The notes: a model not told the origin generated them from the letters alone. DNA of 63,828 bases, filler included, from Blastocystis sp. subtype 4 (GCF_000743755.1; 18 parts of 18 records of this genome joined end to end with filler, not necessarily neighbours in it); one strand, 5' to 3'; counted from the first letter of the whole stretch, positions 1-14,518 are shown. Numbers and translations: made by a program.

Positions 1-1471
1 TGTGAATTGATTGTTACTAGTTGTATTGAATCTCTGATTATTGATGATCATTTCAATCCTGATATATCATCATTGATATTGAACTATTCATTGATATCAC
101 TGAAACGAATTGACATTGGAGATCATTGTTTAAATAAAGTGAATCGATTTGAGATTGATGGATTGAAGGAATTGGAGACTTTGGTTATTGGAAAGAAGAG
201 CTTCAAACTCGATAATGATACTGGAGAAGGAAGCAAATGTTTGATAATGAATTGTGATCAATTGAGTGAAATCCACTTTGGATATGAATCATTCCGTTTG
301 TATGAATCATTTGAATTGAAGAATCTTCCTTCTCTGATATCCATTCAGTTGGATGGTTGTTCATTCAAGTATTGTCATTCGACAGTATTTGAGAGTATGA
401 ATGATTGAATGAATGATGAATGAGATCTTATTCGACTTCAATCCATCACTCTTCGATATGCGGCGTTTTCTGGTGATTACACTAAAGTTGAATCGAATGA
501 GTTGATAATGAAGAGTATGAGTGATAATGATTGATTGATCAGATCTCCCTGCACTGACTCTACTCAAAGGAGATGATAATTTCAGTAGGATAGGCAAAGT
601 GATATTGGAGAGTGATGATTGATGATTGTATTTGAACTAGACATTCCATCACTCTCTTCAGATAGAATTCTACTGAATGGACTATTCGCCAACATCCGAG
701 AATTGATATGCACAAGTGAGATAGATTGATATGATGAACAATAGATGCTGATACTCTTGAATATTATGTTACAGCAAACAGCCATCTAACTCCATCGAAA
801 CACCTAATGTCACTTTATCCATCAGTATTCTGGATATCAAGATTCAACCAAATGGAAGAGATTAATCATTCGGTTACTTCTATTGTGGTTCAAGGAAGAG
901 TAGGTAGAGATGAATTGCATTCATTTAATCTCTCCAATCTTCCTTCTCTCATTACCGTTGAAATGGGATATGAATCCTTCTGTAGTTGTCATTTGATAGT
1001 ATTTGAGAGTATGATTGTGAAAAACTGATGAGTGAGATCTCCCTAAACTTCAATCTATCACTCTTGGATATGGAGCTCTTGCAGGAGAAGGTTACTACAT
1101 TCCATCGGATAGAAATACTCTTTCAGGTGAATTGAATGTGCTGATAATGAAGAGTATGAATGATAATAGGAATTACTAATGAGATCTCCCTTCTTTATCT
1201 CTAATCAAAGGAAATGATGCCAATTTCTGTTGTATCGGTAAAGTGATATTGGAGAGTACTGACTGATGATTGAATATGAATTAGACATTCCATCACTCAC
1301 TGAACACGGAATCCTGTTAGGTGGTGCATTCTGGAAAGTAAGAGAATTGACTAGTTCCAGTAAGATTGAATGATTGATAATGATTGAGATGCTGATTCTC
1401 TTGATCGATTCATTCGAAGAGAGATTGATCGTCAACAGAGAAATGTTGAACTATTAAAGCAGTTGAAATAA
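1..1471 (+). CDS. MORN/LRR family protein, 3' part (leucine-rich repeats, multi-exon, 5' truncated)
   Basis: Repeats of the type 'LKNLPSLISIQLD..SF..CH.IVFE'. Removing GT-AG introns such as 395-424, 515-542, 612-640 and 716-744 joins the frames; stop TAA at 1469-1471 with a TGTTTGT motif shortly after. Confidence 0.75.
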
Positions 1472-2342
1472 GACATAGTATTAATCATAAGTCGGTGAAT
1501 GTAAACTGTTTGTATAAAAGGAAGTGGTGAAGCTATTGTTATCAATAGAAGAGGGAAATTTGAAACGCTACCATCTCTTCCACTATGACACAGTTAACTG
1601 AATATGATTATGGGAATCAATGGAATTCATCAATGTATCATAAAACTATTACAGTCATATCATTCTCTATTCATATTATAACGATATCATTGTTCAACGA
1701 TAGGATTCTCAATTGTTCATTCATTCAATGAATAAGGAGTTATCTTCACTAAGGAGTCAGAATCTCTTCATTCTGATCCTATTCAATTCATCAACTGGAA
1801 CTATCATCAATCATCATTGATGTCAGAAATGAAGTGAGAAGATTGTTCTCTCTTCAATTACTCTAGTCTCACCTGTGTTGTTGTGATTCTCCTGTTTGTA
1901 TTGTTGATGACTATATGAAAGAAGAAAAGAAGACTGATCATATGAAGTGACTGAATGATTTGAAACTCCTAGGGGAATGATTGATAGTAATATGATTCAA
2001 GAGAATGAATCACAGAAACAAATCATTCTATGAGAGTATGAATTAAATAATCATATGTGATGTGAGTATCAGTAGAAGCAAATGAAATCTGGTTCTTGAT
2101 TCTATTCAATATCATATGTTCATTCTTAGAGAATGAGATCTGTGTATGTAGAAGAATGAATGATATGAAGTGAATATGGAATGAATTGAAGAATGACATG
2201 GAGAGAGTATTGAAAGAGGATTGTATTGAATGAGAATAAGAATCATACACTGGTTTTATTCTGTTTGAACAAACAATGAAAGAAATGAACATTACTATCA
2301 CAATCTATCATAACAAGAACACACATTCATGAATGCACAACA

Positions 2343-3224
2343 TCATTCGGAACATTCATCACAGCATGGCATACAACAAAGCGTTAGAAACATACTAACA
2401 ACAATCATAAAAACATAACATTGTGTAACATCAGAATCATAACGCGCAGCAACAGCCACCATAGCAATACCATCACAGAACAAAGAGAATGAAATCGTCA
2501 TCCACACTGTTATGCATTCAACATGTAAACAACTCAAAAACATCATACATACAACAAAGTAAATACCCAGACCCAATAAACTCACCCAAAAATAATCTAT
2601 TAATGGTAAGTGAGCAATCAAAGGAGCCAAACGATTCAGATACAATAAGATGAACATGAATGCTATCAATACTATCATATAACAACGCTTACAATCTTTT
2701 CTCCTTCCACAACACACACAAGAGATCTCATCTTCAGTTTCATATGAACTCCTTCCTCGTAATTCATCATATTTTTGGCACAACCCCACTATGAATAGAA
2801 TCACACTATCAAATGATATCATTCCATACAATCCACTAATTACTCCAGTACCATACTTAGAATCAGTGTAGCACATAAATATACCATCAAAGAACAAACA
2901 GAATGTAATTATAGACCATACTTTTTTCCCACTTGGTAAGTCACACATCTGAAATAACACGAATCCAATATAAGCAATGGATAGACCCATTACAGTCACA
3001 TTCAGATAGTGTATCAAAGATAATCGAGCAAGAAGAGGACTAATACAATTCACAACGAGTAAGAATATCACAAATACTATCAACACAATTATCTCACTAC
3101 GCTCATAACCCAAAATGTCCTCGAAATTCAAAGAAGAATCTCGTCTGAAAGTACCTTGATCATGAGAAGAGAAGTCAGATTCAATAGAAGAAGGTTTTCT
3201 GATACTATTCGTATTCAATTTCAA
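2343..3224 (-). CDS. Multi-pass membrane protein with internal duplication, function unknown
   Basis: 293-aa ORF with several hydrophobic segments. The two halves align (SPLLARLSLIHY...VWSIITFCLFFDGI versus APLIAHLPLIDY...VWMTISFSLFCDGI). True start may lie in the adjacent gap. Confidence 0.65.
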   Translation of the reverse strand: MKLNTNSIRKPSSIESDFSSHDQGTFRRDSSLNFEDILGYERSEIIVLIVFVIFLLVVNCISPLLARLSLIHYLNVTVMGLSIAYIGFVLFQMCDLPSGKKVWSIITFCLFFDGIFMCYTDSKYGTGVISGLYGMISFDSVILFIVGLCQKYDELRGRSSYETEDEISCVCCGRRKDCKRCYMIVLIAFMFILLYLNRLAPLIAHLPLIDYFWVSLLGLGIYFVVCMMFLSCLHVECITVWMTISFSLFCDGIAMVAVAARYDSDVTQCYVFMIVVSMFLTLCCMPCCDECSE

Positions 3225-3244
3225 TCGATATGCGTTTCTTTCAA

Positions 3245-3344
3245 NNNNNNNNNNNNNNNNNNNNNNNNNNNNNNNNNNNNNNNNNNNNTTAATTAATTAA
3301 NNNNNNNNNNNNNNNNNNNNNNNNNNNNNNNNNNNNNNNNNNNN
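3245..3344. other. Artificial contig spacer (44 N + TTAATTAATTAA + 44 N), first of 17
   Basis: Same 100-bp spacer starts at 3245, 6583, 9921, 13250, 16513, 22637, 25806, 29051, 32274, 35495, 38703, 41909, 47506, 50685, 53857, 57022 and 60675. The linker places stops in all six frames. Confidence 0.98.
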
Positions 3345-5018
3345 GTTATTATGATGGATTGAAGAATGGATATGGATTATTGTATGATCGAAATGGAATG
3401 ATTGAATATGAAGGACTATTCAAAGATGATGTTATTATTGATGATGATGATGATGTTGTTGTTATTGATGTTAATAATGATTTGAGAATGAAATGGATTG
3501 ATGATACTAGTTGTGTTGAATCTCTGATTATTGATGATCATTTCAATCCTGATATATCATCATTGATACTGAACTATTCATTGATATCATTGAAACGAAT
3601 TGAGATAGGAAATGATTGTTTTGTGAAAGTGAGTCAATTTGATATTGATGGATTGAATGAATTGGAGACTGTAGACATTGGAAGCGATAGCTTCTGTCTC
3701 CATGAGAAGCATAGATATGAAAGCAAATGTTTGATAATGAATTGTGACCAATTGAGTGACATCAACATTGGAGATAGATCATTCCGGTGGTATGAATCAT
3801 TTGAATTGAAGAATCTTCCTTCTCTGATGTCCATTCAATTGGATTATGGGGTATTCTGTAATTGTCATTCAATAGTATTTGATAGTACGAATGATTGAAT
3901 GACTGATGAATGAGATCTGAATCAACTTCTATCCATTACTTTTGGAGAATGGACTCTATGTGGTGATGAAGATACTGTTATATCGAATGAATTGATAATG
4001 AAGAGTATGAATGATAATGATGATTGATTGATGAGATCTTCCTTCTCTATCTCTAATCGAAGGATATGGATACAATTTCTTCAATGTAGGCAAAGTGATA
4101 TTGGATAGTGATGATTGATGATTGAATATGACTTAGATATTCCATTACTTACTCAAAATAGAATTTATATGAGATGGAATTCAGTTCAGAGATTGGGAAA
4201 AGATTATAATGTGAGAGAATTGTATAGTTCGAGTACAATTGATTGATTGATAATGATTGAGATGCTGATTCTTTTGATCGATTCATTCGACAGAGGAGTA
4301 AGTATCTACTGAAGATAAACGAAGAATACAATAATACAACAAAGCGATTTGAATATAAACATTCACATGATTTGAGTGTATTTGATACTGATTGTTTGAA
4401 AGGAATTGAGAGACTTGAGATCGAAGGTGATTGCTTTATGAAAGTGAATCGATTCGTGATTGATGAACTGAGTATATTAAAGAGTATGATCATTGGACAG
4501 GAATCATTCAAGTTGTGTGAATCATTTGAATTGAAGAATCTTCCTTCTCTGATATCCATTCAATTGGATGATGAGGCATTCTGTGATTGTCAACGGATAG
4601 TATTTGAGAGTATGAATGATTCAATGAATGACGAATGAGATCTGACTCAACTTCAATCCATTACTCTTGGAATATATACTCTTTATGGTGATTCTGCTAC
4701 TGCTGAATCGAATGAATTGAAAATGAAGAGTATGAATGATAATGATTGATTGATGAGATCTCCCTTCTCTATCTCTATTCAAAGGAGAGGGTTCGAATTT
4801 CAGATGGATAGATAAAGTGATATTGGATGGTGATGAATGATGGTTGCATTTGACATAGACATTATGCTACTCACTGAAGAAGGAATTCAGTTAAGAAAGG
4901 AATATATCATAAATAATGTGAAAAAATTGAGTAGTTCGAGTACAATTGATTTGTTAATAATGATTGAGATGCTGATTCTCTTGATCAATTCATTCGACAA
5001 AATAGCAAAAATCTTTAG
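3345..5018 (+). CDS. MORN/LRR family protein (5' truncated, multi-exon)
   Basis: MORN-like 'KNGYGLLYDRNGMIEYEGLFKDD' followed by LRRs nearly identical to 1-1471, with the same short introns. Stop TAG at 5016-5018, TGTTTGTT about 50 nt downstream. Confidence 0.72.
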
Positions 5019-6248
5019 AGCAATAATTGATAATAAGGTGATTATATCATGTTCAATGGATTCATTGTGTTTGTTTGAATGTTCCTGTTGTATGAGAATG
5101 GATAGAGATGATTGTGATTGATTGTACTCCTATTCCATATTCATCAACTTAATCTGTCCACAACACATCTCATTCTATACCCAATCATTATGATTTGAAT
5201 ATGAATTGTGTGTCCTCATTCAATCCAATACATCATTCATACACCTTATTCACTCTATCATCACCTCCTATTCACACCAACACACTCAACTATCTACACA
5301 CTCTCTCTGAGGAATGATACCGTGTGAATGGATGAAAGATTGAAGAGAGATTGTTTAGAACTGTTTGAATGATATGTATAGAAGTAGTTTGTTGATTGAT
5401 TTGATGTGAAGAGGAGTGGAGATCCAATGGTAAATTGTTGAGACTTATGAAGGGCATGAAAAATGTGAGACAATATGATTTGGATGAATGAATGATTTCA
5501 ATGGGTGAGAAGTGGTATGAACTTGACACTTGAGTACAAACTAATACTCCTAAACAGTTTTGAACCGTAGAGAACAGACGGGATGACTCTTGACAAGAGT
5601 ATCAAATATCTAATCCTTAATTGATATCGATTGAAAAGTCCGCAAATTAGGTGAATATAAAACATAGAATATCAACTAATCTCTATTTTTGAGTATGATG
5701 TACTATTCATTTCTATGATATCCAACTCCATCTCTGTCAAATGATCACTGTTATATATAGATGGATTGTGAACAGTGCCACTTACAACAATCAACTTTCA
5801 ATAAGCTGGATTGATAGTTACTGAGTTAATATCATCTAGTGAAACACAAGGCACTTCACATCTCCAATACTACGGCCTCTTCTACATCTATCACACTATT
5901 ATTCTGTGATAGGAGGATGGGAGCAGTACTACCTATCTTCGTAGTATGCTAAAGTGTTAGGTCTCTTCCTTATGGTTCTTTCTATACCTGGGCCTTCCAC
6001 TTGAATCCGTTCTCTTTCTGGAATGATTTCGAATACAGTTTATTGTTCCATGATAATCTAGCTGCTCAGATTAATAGGAATCCTGCTATCGATACTTACT
6101 TTTGGATTAGTGATATTGCTTTTATCGTATCTATTAAGATTATTATAGGGTGCCTTTTTAATTGACGATGAACTTATTATGCTATATGATAATTTGTCTT
6201 GTAAATCTTAGACACTATTGTCTTATAACAAACTCTTATCTTTGAATT

Positions 6249-6582
6249 TTAGACCTTCACTTTCTTCATTGTAGTAGGCTTGCTAGCAGTTTTGGATGTT
6301 TTCACACTCTTCTTTCCCTTCACTCCTCCTTTTGCTTTCGCCTTCTTGTTCGTTCTGAGCAAGATTAACACTATTACTGCAATTACAATGATTACTATTA
6401 GCACAACCACAACTAGCAGTGGAACAGATACACAGAATCCAGATGCTTTTTGCCACTCTCCATTCTCACTTCCAAGAATACAGGCACGCTTCTGAGTTCC
6501 CACATAGCTTCCCTGACTCGAACACTCATACACTGCTGTTTCACCAACATATGTTACAGGGAATACTCCTTCAGCCATACAT
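6249..6582 (-). CDS. C-terminus of a type I membrane/surface protein (Cys-rich module, TM helix, Lys-rich tail)
   Basis: 'YECSSQGSYVGTQKRAC...WQKASGFC', then a hydrophobic run VPLLVVVVLIVIIVIAVIVLILL, then a KKVKV tail. Truncated by the gap. Confidence 0.7.
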
Positions 6583-6682
6583 NNNNNNNNNNNNNNNNNN
6601 NNNNNNNNNNNNNNNNNNNNNNNNNNTTAATTAATTAANNNNNNNNNNNNNNNNNNNNNNNNNNNNNNNNNNNNNNNNNNNN

Positions 6683-8452
<1,770 letters not shown>

Positions 8453-8596
8453 TAGAATTACTATTCTAGAGGGTTTTCGAGAATGAATGTATAGTGATTA
8501 TCATATTGATAAGTAAGAATGACTGGTCATACATAGGAGGAATTGATCGATGTTTTCTCAGTATCTGCTTTTGATAAAGACAATTAAATTAGAGAA

Positions 8597-9899
8597 ATGG
8601 GAAAGAAAGAGGAGGCAAAACCTGCAACTGTAATTTTGGGACGACCTGGTTTGTTGTTGGAGAAGGAACTTAATACTAGGAAATAATGTATGTATTGGAA
8701 TTGTCGGTGTTCCAAATGTTGGTAAATCCTCATTGTTCAATGATCTGTCAAAGATGAACGTAGGTTTTGTTGGTTTGTTTGAGATTCAGGTTCCTGCTGA
8801 GAACTATCCTTTCTGTACAATTGATCCTAATGTTGCTCGTGTTCCTGTTCCTGATGAGCGTTTTGATTATATGGTACAAGCTTTCAAGCCAAAGAGTGAA
8901 GTATCTGCAGTTCTTCAGATTACAGATATTGCTGGACTTGTGAAGGGAGCATCAGAAGGTCAAGGTTTGGGTAATGCGTTCTTGTCGCATATCCGTGCTG
9001 TGGATGCCATTTTCCATGTATTGCGGTGTTTTGATAGCAAGAATGTAACCCATGTGGAAGGAAGTGTGGATCCGTGTCGTGATATGGACATTATTCGTGA
9101 TGAGTTATTGAAGAAGGATATTGAGACAGTAGCGATGATGAGTGAAGTTGAGTGTAGATTTCGAAACAAGTGGAAGGAATGGCCAAGAATGTGTCTCGAG
9201 GAGTAGGAGGGAAGGAGGCGAAGGAAGAGTTTGATATTCTGAATAGAATTCTGAAGACAATGGAAGAAGGAAAGGATATTCGTGCTGCTCATTGGTCAGC
9301 AGCAGAGATTGAAGTGATTAATCGTTATCAGTTATTGTCTGCAAAGCCTGTTGTGTATCTCTGTAATCTGTCTGAGAAGAACTATATCTTGAGAAAGGAT
9401 CCGATGTAGTGATGAAGAATGAAGATGAGAGGATAGGTTGGATAAAGTGAAAGAAAAGGTTGCTGCAATGGGTCTGAATGAACTTGTGATTCCATTCAGT
9501 GCTCGTTTCGAAAGCAAGCTGTTGAATATGAGTGAGGAGGAAGGAAAGGCTTATTGTGAGAAGTACCACACAAAGAGTCAAATGCCAAAGATTATCACCA
9601 CTGGATATCATGTTCTCAATCTGATTCATTTCTTCACGGCTGGACCTGATGAGGTGAAATGCTGGACGATTCGTCGTGGAACTCTGGCCCCACAGGCTGC
9701 TGGTGTGATTCACACGGATTTCGAGAAGGGCTTCATTTGTGCTGAAGTATACAAGTTTGAAGACTTCAAGGAACTTGGAAGTGAAGCAGCTATCAAGGCA
9801 GCTGGTAAGCTGAAACAGCAGGGACGCAACTATGAGGTTGAGGATGGAGATGTGATCTTCTTCAAGTTCAATGTGGGTACAGAAAGTAAGAGAAAGTAA
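8597..9899 (+). CDS. OLA1: Obg-like ATPase OLA1/YchF
   Basis: [45 protein letters not shown]-terminal TGS domain (FFTAGPDEV...[17 protein letters not shown]); short introns. Confidence 0.93.
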
Positions 9900-10219
9900 T
9901 GGGATATAAGCGTGTTTGTTNNNNNNNNNNNNNNNNNNNNNNNNNNNNNNNNNNNNNNNNNNNNTTAATTAATTAANNNNNNNNNNNNNNNNNNNNNNNN
10001 NNNNNNNNNNNNNNNNNNNNTGGAATACTGAAATGAGACACACACAATCCTTCCTTGATTAGGATCCAAATGAGGTTATCATTAGCGATACATACTAGAA
10101 ATGGTCTGAAACTCGAAGAGAAAGAAATAAAGAGGATTTGTTAAGTGGGGATCCAAAGACTGTTATTCTCTTATTAATTCCTCGTCTTCTTGAAATTAAT
10201 CGAAATCTAAACAAACACA

Positions 10220-12800
10220 TCACTCAATTGCATTACACTTCACATCAAACACATAATGATATACTTTTGGAGCATAAGATTTCACTCGCTCGATATGGCT
10301 AATCTCACAATGATACTTCTTTCCTTTCTGTTCTCCCAATTGCTCCAATTCCTTCGGTAACGATTGTACAAATGATTCATATTCACTGTCGTGAACATTT
10401 TCATGTACGTGAAGTATTCCTCCCTCTTTCTTCAACATCTGCATTGCCAAAGGCCAACCTTCTCGAGAAGAAGGTAGAAGTCCTAATAATACTCGATCAG
10501 CAAGATTCCAATACGGTTGTGTGGTTACTCGATTATCTCCAGGAATGATCTGCATATCAAGTTCCACTAGAATACTCACCTCACAGATATCCTCAACTCC
10601 ATTCTGCTCAATATTTCTCCTTAAGGCTTGAATACTATCGTCATTGATTTCAAAGCAATAGATATGATTGACTCCCGTTTTCACAGCAATTGGAATCGTA
10701 AAATAACCAATTCCCTATATGTGATGCCTTCAGATCTCACTCACAGCATACAAATCTACCACAGATTCATTCAATGCTTTCACTTCACCCATTCGTTTCC
10801 TCTCTGTATTGTTTCCACTAGCAAACATTACACGCTCAAATGGCCACGAATATACAACACCATTCTGACGAATTGTTACCCAACTGTCCATTGTTCCTGT
10901 TGTGAAAATGATTCGAGAATGACTTTGTCTCTTCGGACCTACTTTTGATAGCAATCAGGATCCTATACCACAATCAATCTCTTCATGGATGCCAACTCGT
11001 TCACATCCATAGCAATCACACAAGATTGTGAGGAATGATTGCTCTCGCTCTGTTAGAGGACTCTGGTGACTAATAACACTAGGAGAAGCAGCCAGAACAG
11101 GCCAAAGAGAGGACCATGATTCACCTTTAAAGGATCCCTGATTGAGAATCACGATATTACCAAGGACTTCAATGCGATGGAGTTGAAGAGGAGATAAATT
11201 GACTATGAATGATACACACGACACATAGTGACATGACCGATACCACTTCTCCAGCTGACGTTTCAGATTCGCCTTAACAGAATAGGAAGTGCATTCCATT
11301 GAAATCTGATCACTGTTATCTAAGGAAATAACTTGAATTAGTGATTCTGGCATGTTTTTAAGACTGTTCTCTAAGCGAACTCTGTCAGTCACTGGAACAG
11401 CATACATCTGATCATGAATCCGTGTGATTTTCCTTGATTTGTCGTATAGATGAGCAGTTTCGAGAAACAGTTTCACTTGTTTCAGTTTGGTCATATCAAG
11501 AACAGTAAGGATACTTTGCTCTGGAAGAGTAGATTGAGAAGAACAACACAAACGCTTACGAGAAACATTATGTGACTTAATCAAAGAACATGAAGGTAAA
11601 TAGGAAATATGAAGAGAAGGAGGAAGAGTTGCCATATAAAAAGGATTAAAATGACGATTCCAGAAAAAGGTACATCCACCTCCCAGGAAGAAGCAGTGAT
11701 CTTCAAGTGTCTCCACTGTATATTCAATTGGAATAACCTGCTTTGGGATAATTTCATTCTGGTCATGAATCAGGATTGTTTCTTGGTAGATCTGAAGAGA
11801 TAAACACATGTTCTGTAAGGTTGCATCATGAAATCCAAATAGCAAGAATGAATTGGATCCAATCTGAGTTGAATGAATGTTACTGAGATGTTCCAAAAGA
11901 GGCAATCCCTCAGACACAGTTAGGATCGACCATTGTCGTTTGGAGAGTTTGAATACGTATGGAATAGAAGGAGCATCTAATTGGTACTGGCATAGTAACA
12001 TTTACACGTCCCATCCAAATCTGTCATGCCACCAATCACTATCACTTCATCATGTTGACAAGAACTATTGCAAATGGGAAGAAGATAACAACCGAAACGA
12101 GTTCCTGGAGACTCATTCGCATTGTAGATGGAGTTTGCTGAGTCATAGAGAAGATACCATGTTAGTTTCACTTGATTCTCTTCCTTCACAATATGAACAC
12201 TCCAGCAATCACCATAAATATGATTACTATCACGACCTCCATACAATACACATAGAGAATCATTCAAACGGATCATAGTATGAGACCAACGAGGTTGTGG
12301 TTGGGTTCCTTCTGAAGATACATTAAGCCATTGGTGGTATTGGAAATCGTAGAAGGCAGGGTCCAGAAAGGGTTTGGAAGGACTTGTACGACCTCCAACA
12401 ATTAGAAGGCCATCACAAACAGCACATATCGTTGAAAAGAGACGAGGATGAGGTTTGGAATCTGAAGATTGTCTAAATTTGATTTTTCAGTAAGGAGAAT
12501 ACTGTACCGAGATGGTTCCATCGTACGAAACCAACAAAAGGTCATTCAATCGACCAACTTGTTTTGAATTTGAGGTACTACCATATCCACCGAATATAGC
12601 AATCTCTTTCCTTCCAGGAACTACTTTAAATTCGATAGACAAAACATACCAACACAACTTGCATGCTGACTGCGGTTCCATGATGATGAAAACGAAGACC
12701 AATTTATATATGGCAAATCTCTTTCTTCTTTACTTACTATTGATGATTGGGACATCGTTGTGTGGTATTTACTATAGCTTATCACATCATTAAAAGACAT
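10220..12800 (-). CDS. Kelch-repeat + TYW2 (Met-10+/Trm5-like) tRNA wybutosine synthesis protein
   Basis: C-terminal 'VMFASGNNTER', 'VVDLYA', 'ADRVLLGLLPSSREGW', 'HVHENV', 'VKSYAP' match TYW2/TRMT12. N-terminal Kelch motifs (RSQHASC, IFGGYG, LYGGR, VIGG). Start inferred. Confidence 0.8.
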
Positions 12801-13020
12801 ACAAAAGGAAAGAATCTATTTACAGAAACCAACTCCCTATCAATGAAGTGTTAAACGAACAATAAGAATTGATAGAAATCTCTACGTCTTTTTCTATTCC
12901 GGAATTCGACTTGCCACGGTAGAATCTGATTATCTAAATATTGTAAAATTTTCTCTTTCCATTAGATCCAACGTGGAATTGAGTAACGCCCATTTTTCTC
13001 AATTATCAATCTGAGTCACC

Positions 13021-13249
13021 ATGGTTACTTGTGCCCATCACAGAAACTGTAAGTACCATGAATAAAATGATTGAAGCGAAAAGAGTCTCTTTTTGCTTGT
13101 TGCTGTTTGTTTTTCGTATTCGTTGACTTCAACCGTTTCTAATCTCCTACCAGATCGTCTTACTTTCAGTACTCCCCGTCGTCCTTATGAACGCGAGCGT
13201 CTGGACCAGGAGCTTCGTATTTGTGGAGAGTATGGTCTCCGCTGCAAGC
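13021..13249 (+). CDS. RPS9: 40S ribosomal protein S9 (uS4), 5' part
   Basis: MVTCAHHRN, intron 13049-13153, then [32 protein letters not shown]. Truncated by the gap. Confidence 0.92.
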
Positions 13250-13354
13250 NNNNNNNNNNNNNNNNNNNNNNNNNNNNNNNNNNNNNNNNNNNNTTAATTA
13301 ATTAANNNNNNNNNNNNNNNNNNNNNNNNNNNNNNNNNNNNNNNNNNNNCTCAG

Positions 13355-14317
13355 ATGTCTGCTAGACAAAAGAAGGAGCTGTACTTCACCAAGCTCCACC
13401 AGATCCTCGAGGACTACACCAAGTTGTTCATCGTGGATATTAAGCACGTCAGCTCCAAGCAGGTTGCTGATATTCGTAAGGCTCTTCGTGGTCAGGCCCT
13501 CCTTCTGTTCGGAAAGAAGACTATGGTCCGTTGCTGCATCCGCAAGTTTGTGGAGGAGCATCCCGATCATCCTATCCAAAAGATAATTGATATGATCCAT
13601 GGAAACATCGGTCTGGTGTTTGTGAACGGTGATATGTCTGTTGTGCGTGAGGTGATTCTGGCCAACAAGGTGCCTGCTCCTGCTCGTGTGGGAGTGCTTG
13701 CTCCTGTGGATGTCATTGTCCCTGCTGGACCTACTGGTTGTGATCCCGGTCAGACTTCATTCTTCCAGGCTCTGAACATTGCTACCAAGATTAACAAGTC
13801 TCAGATTGAGATTATCAACCCTGTCCCTCTGCTTCTGAAGGGTCAGAAGGTGCTTCCTGGTCAGGCTGCTCTGTTGGACAAGTTGAACATCCATCCTTTC
13901 AGTTATGGTATGGTGATCCGCCATGTGTATGATGATGGTGCCATCTATGATCCTGTGGTGCTGGATCTGACGGAGAAGGATATTATGGAGAAGTTCTTCA
14001 ATGGAGTGAACAAGCTGGCTGCTCTCTCTCTGTCTCTGGGTTATCCCACTCTGGCTTCTCTGCCTCACTCTCTCAACAACGCTTTCCGCAAGCTTGTTGC
14101 TATTGTCATTGGTGAGGGTATGACCTATTCCTTCGAGAAGGCTGAGCCTTTCAAGGCTTTCCTTGCTGATCCTTCTGCTTTCGCTGTTGCTGCTGCTCCT
14201 GCCGCTGCCACTGAAGCTGCTCCTGCTGCTGAGGAGAAGAAGGAAGAGGAAGAAGAGGAAGAGGACATTGATATGTCTGGAGGTGGTCTCTTCGGAGATG
14301 ATGACGATGACTGGTAA
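13355..14317 (+). CDS. RPLP0: 60S acidic ribosomal protein P0 (uL10)
   Basis: 'SSKQVADIRKALRG', 'PAGPTGCDPGQTSFFQALNIATKI', Ala-rich hinge and acidic tail. First codons could lie in the upstream gap. Confidence 0.95.
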   Translation: MSARQKKELYFTKLHQILEDYTKLFIVDIKHVSSKQVADIRKALRGQALLLFGKKTMVRCCIRKFVEEHPDHPIQKIIDMIHGNIGLVFVNGDMSVVREVILANKVPAPARVGVLAPVDVIVPAGPTGCDPGQTSFFQALNIATKINKSQIEIINPVPLLLKGQKVLPGQAALLDKLNIHPFSYGMVIRHVYDDGAIYDPVVLDLTEKDIMEKFFNGVNKLAALSLSLGYPTLASLPHSLNNAFRKLVAIVIGEGMTYSFEKAEPFKAFLADPSAFAVAAAPAAATEAAPAAEEKKEEEEEEEDIDMSGGGLFGDDDDDW

Positions 14318-14376
14318 ACTAGATCTATCGTTGTAACCACACATTAGAAAGTGTTTGTTTAGGAAAGGCAAAAAAA

Positions 14377-14458
14377 CGACAACGACGTGATTCGAACACG
14401 CGCGGGTAATACCCATTAACTTAGCAGGCTAACGCCTTAACCACTCGGCCACGTTGTC
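14377..14458 (-). tRNA. tRNA-Ser (anticodon GCT)
   Basis: Minus strand GACAACG TGGCCGAGTGGTTAAGGC ... TTAGC-CTGCTAA-GTTAA, long variable arm GGGTATTACCC, GTTCGAATC, CGTTGTC-G. Followed by an oligo-T Pol III terminator at 14370-14376. Confidence 0.95.
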
Positions 14459-14518
14459 TCCATATTTCTCTCTTCATTTCCTTTATTAAGACTATCATCA
14501 CTCCTTTATCTCATTATT

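Noticed and set aside
13757..14416. 219-aa minus-strand ORF (similarly 51944-52696 and 56481-56903)
   Set aside because: Antisense to well-supported genes (RPLP0, the TV-Pol ORF, RPLP1); no independent motifs.
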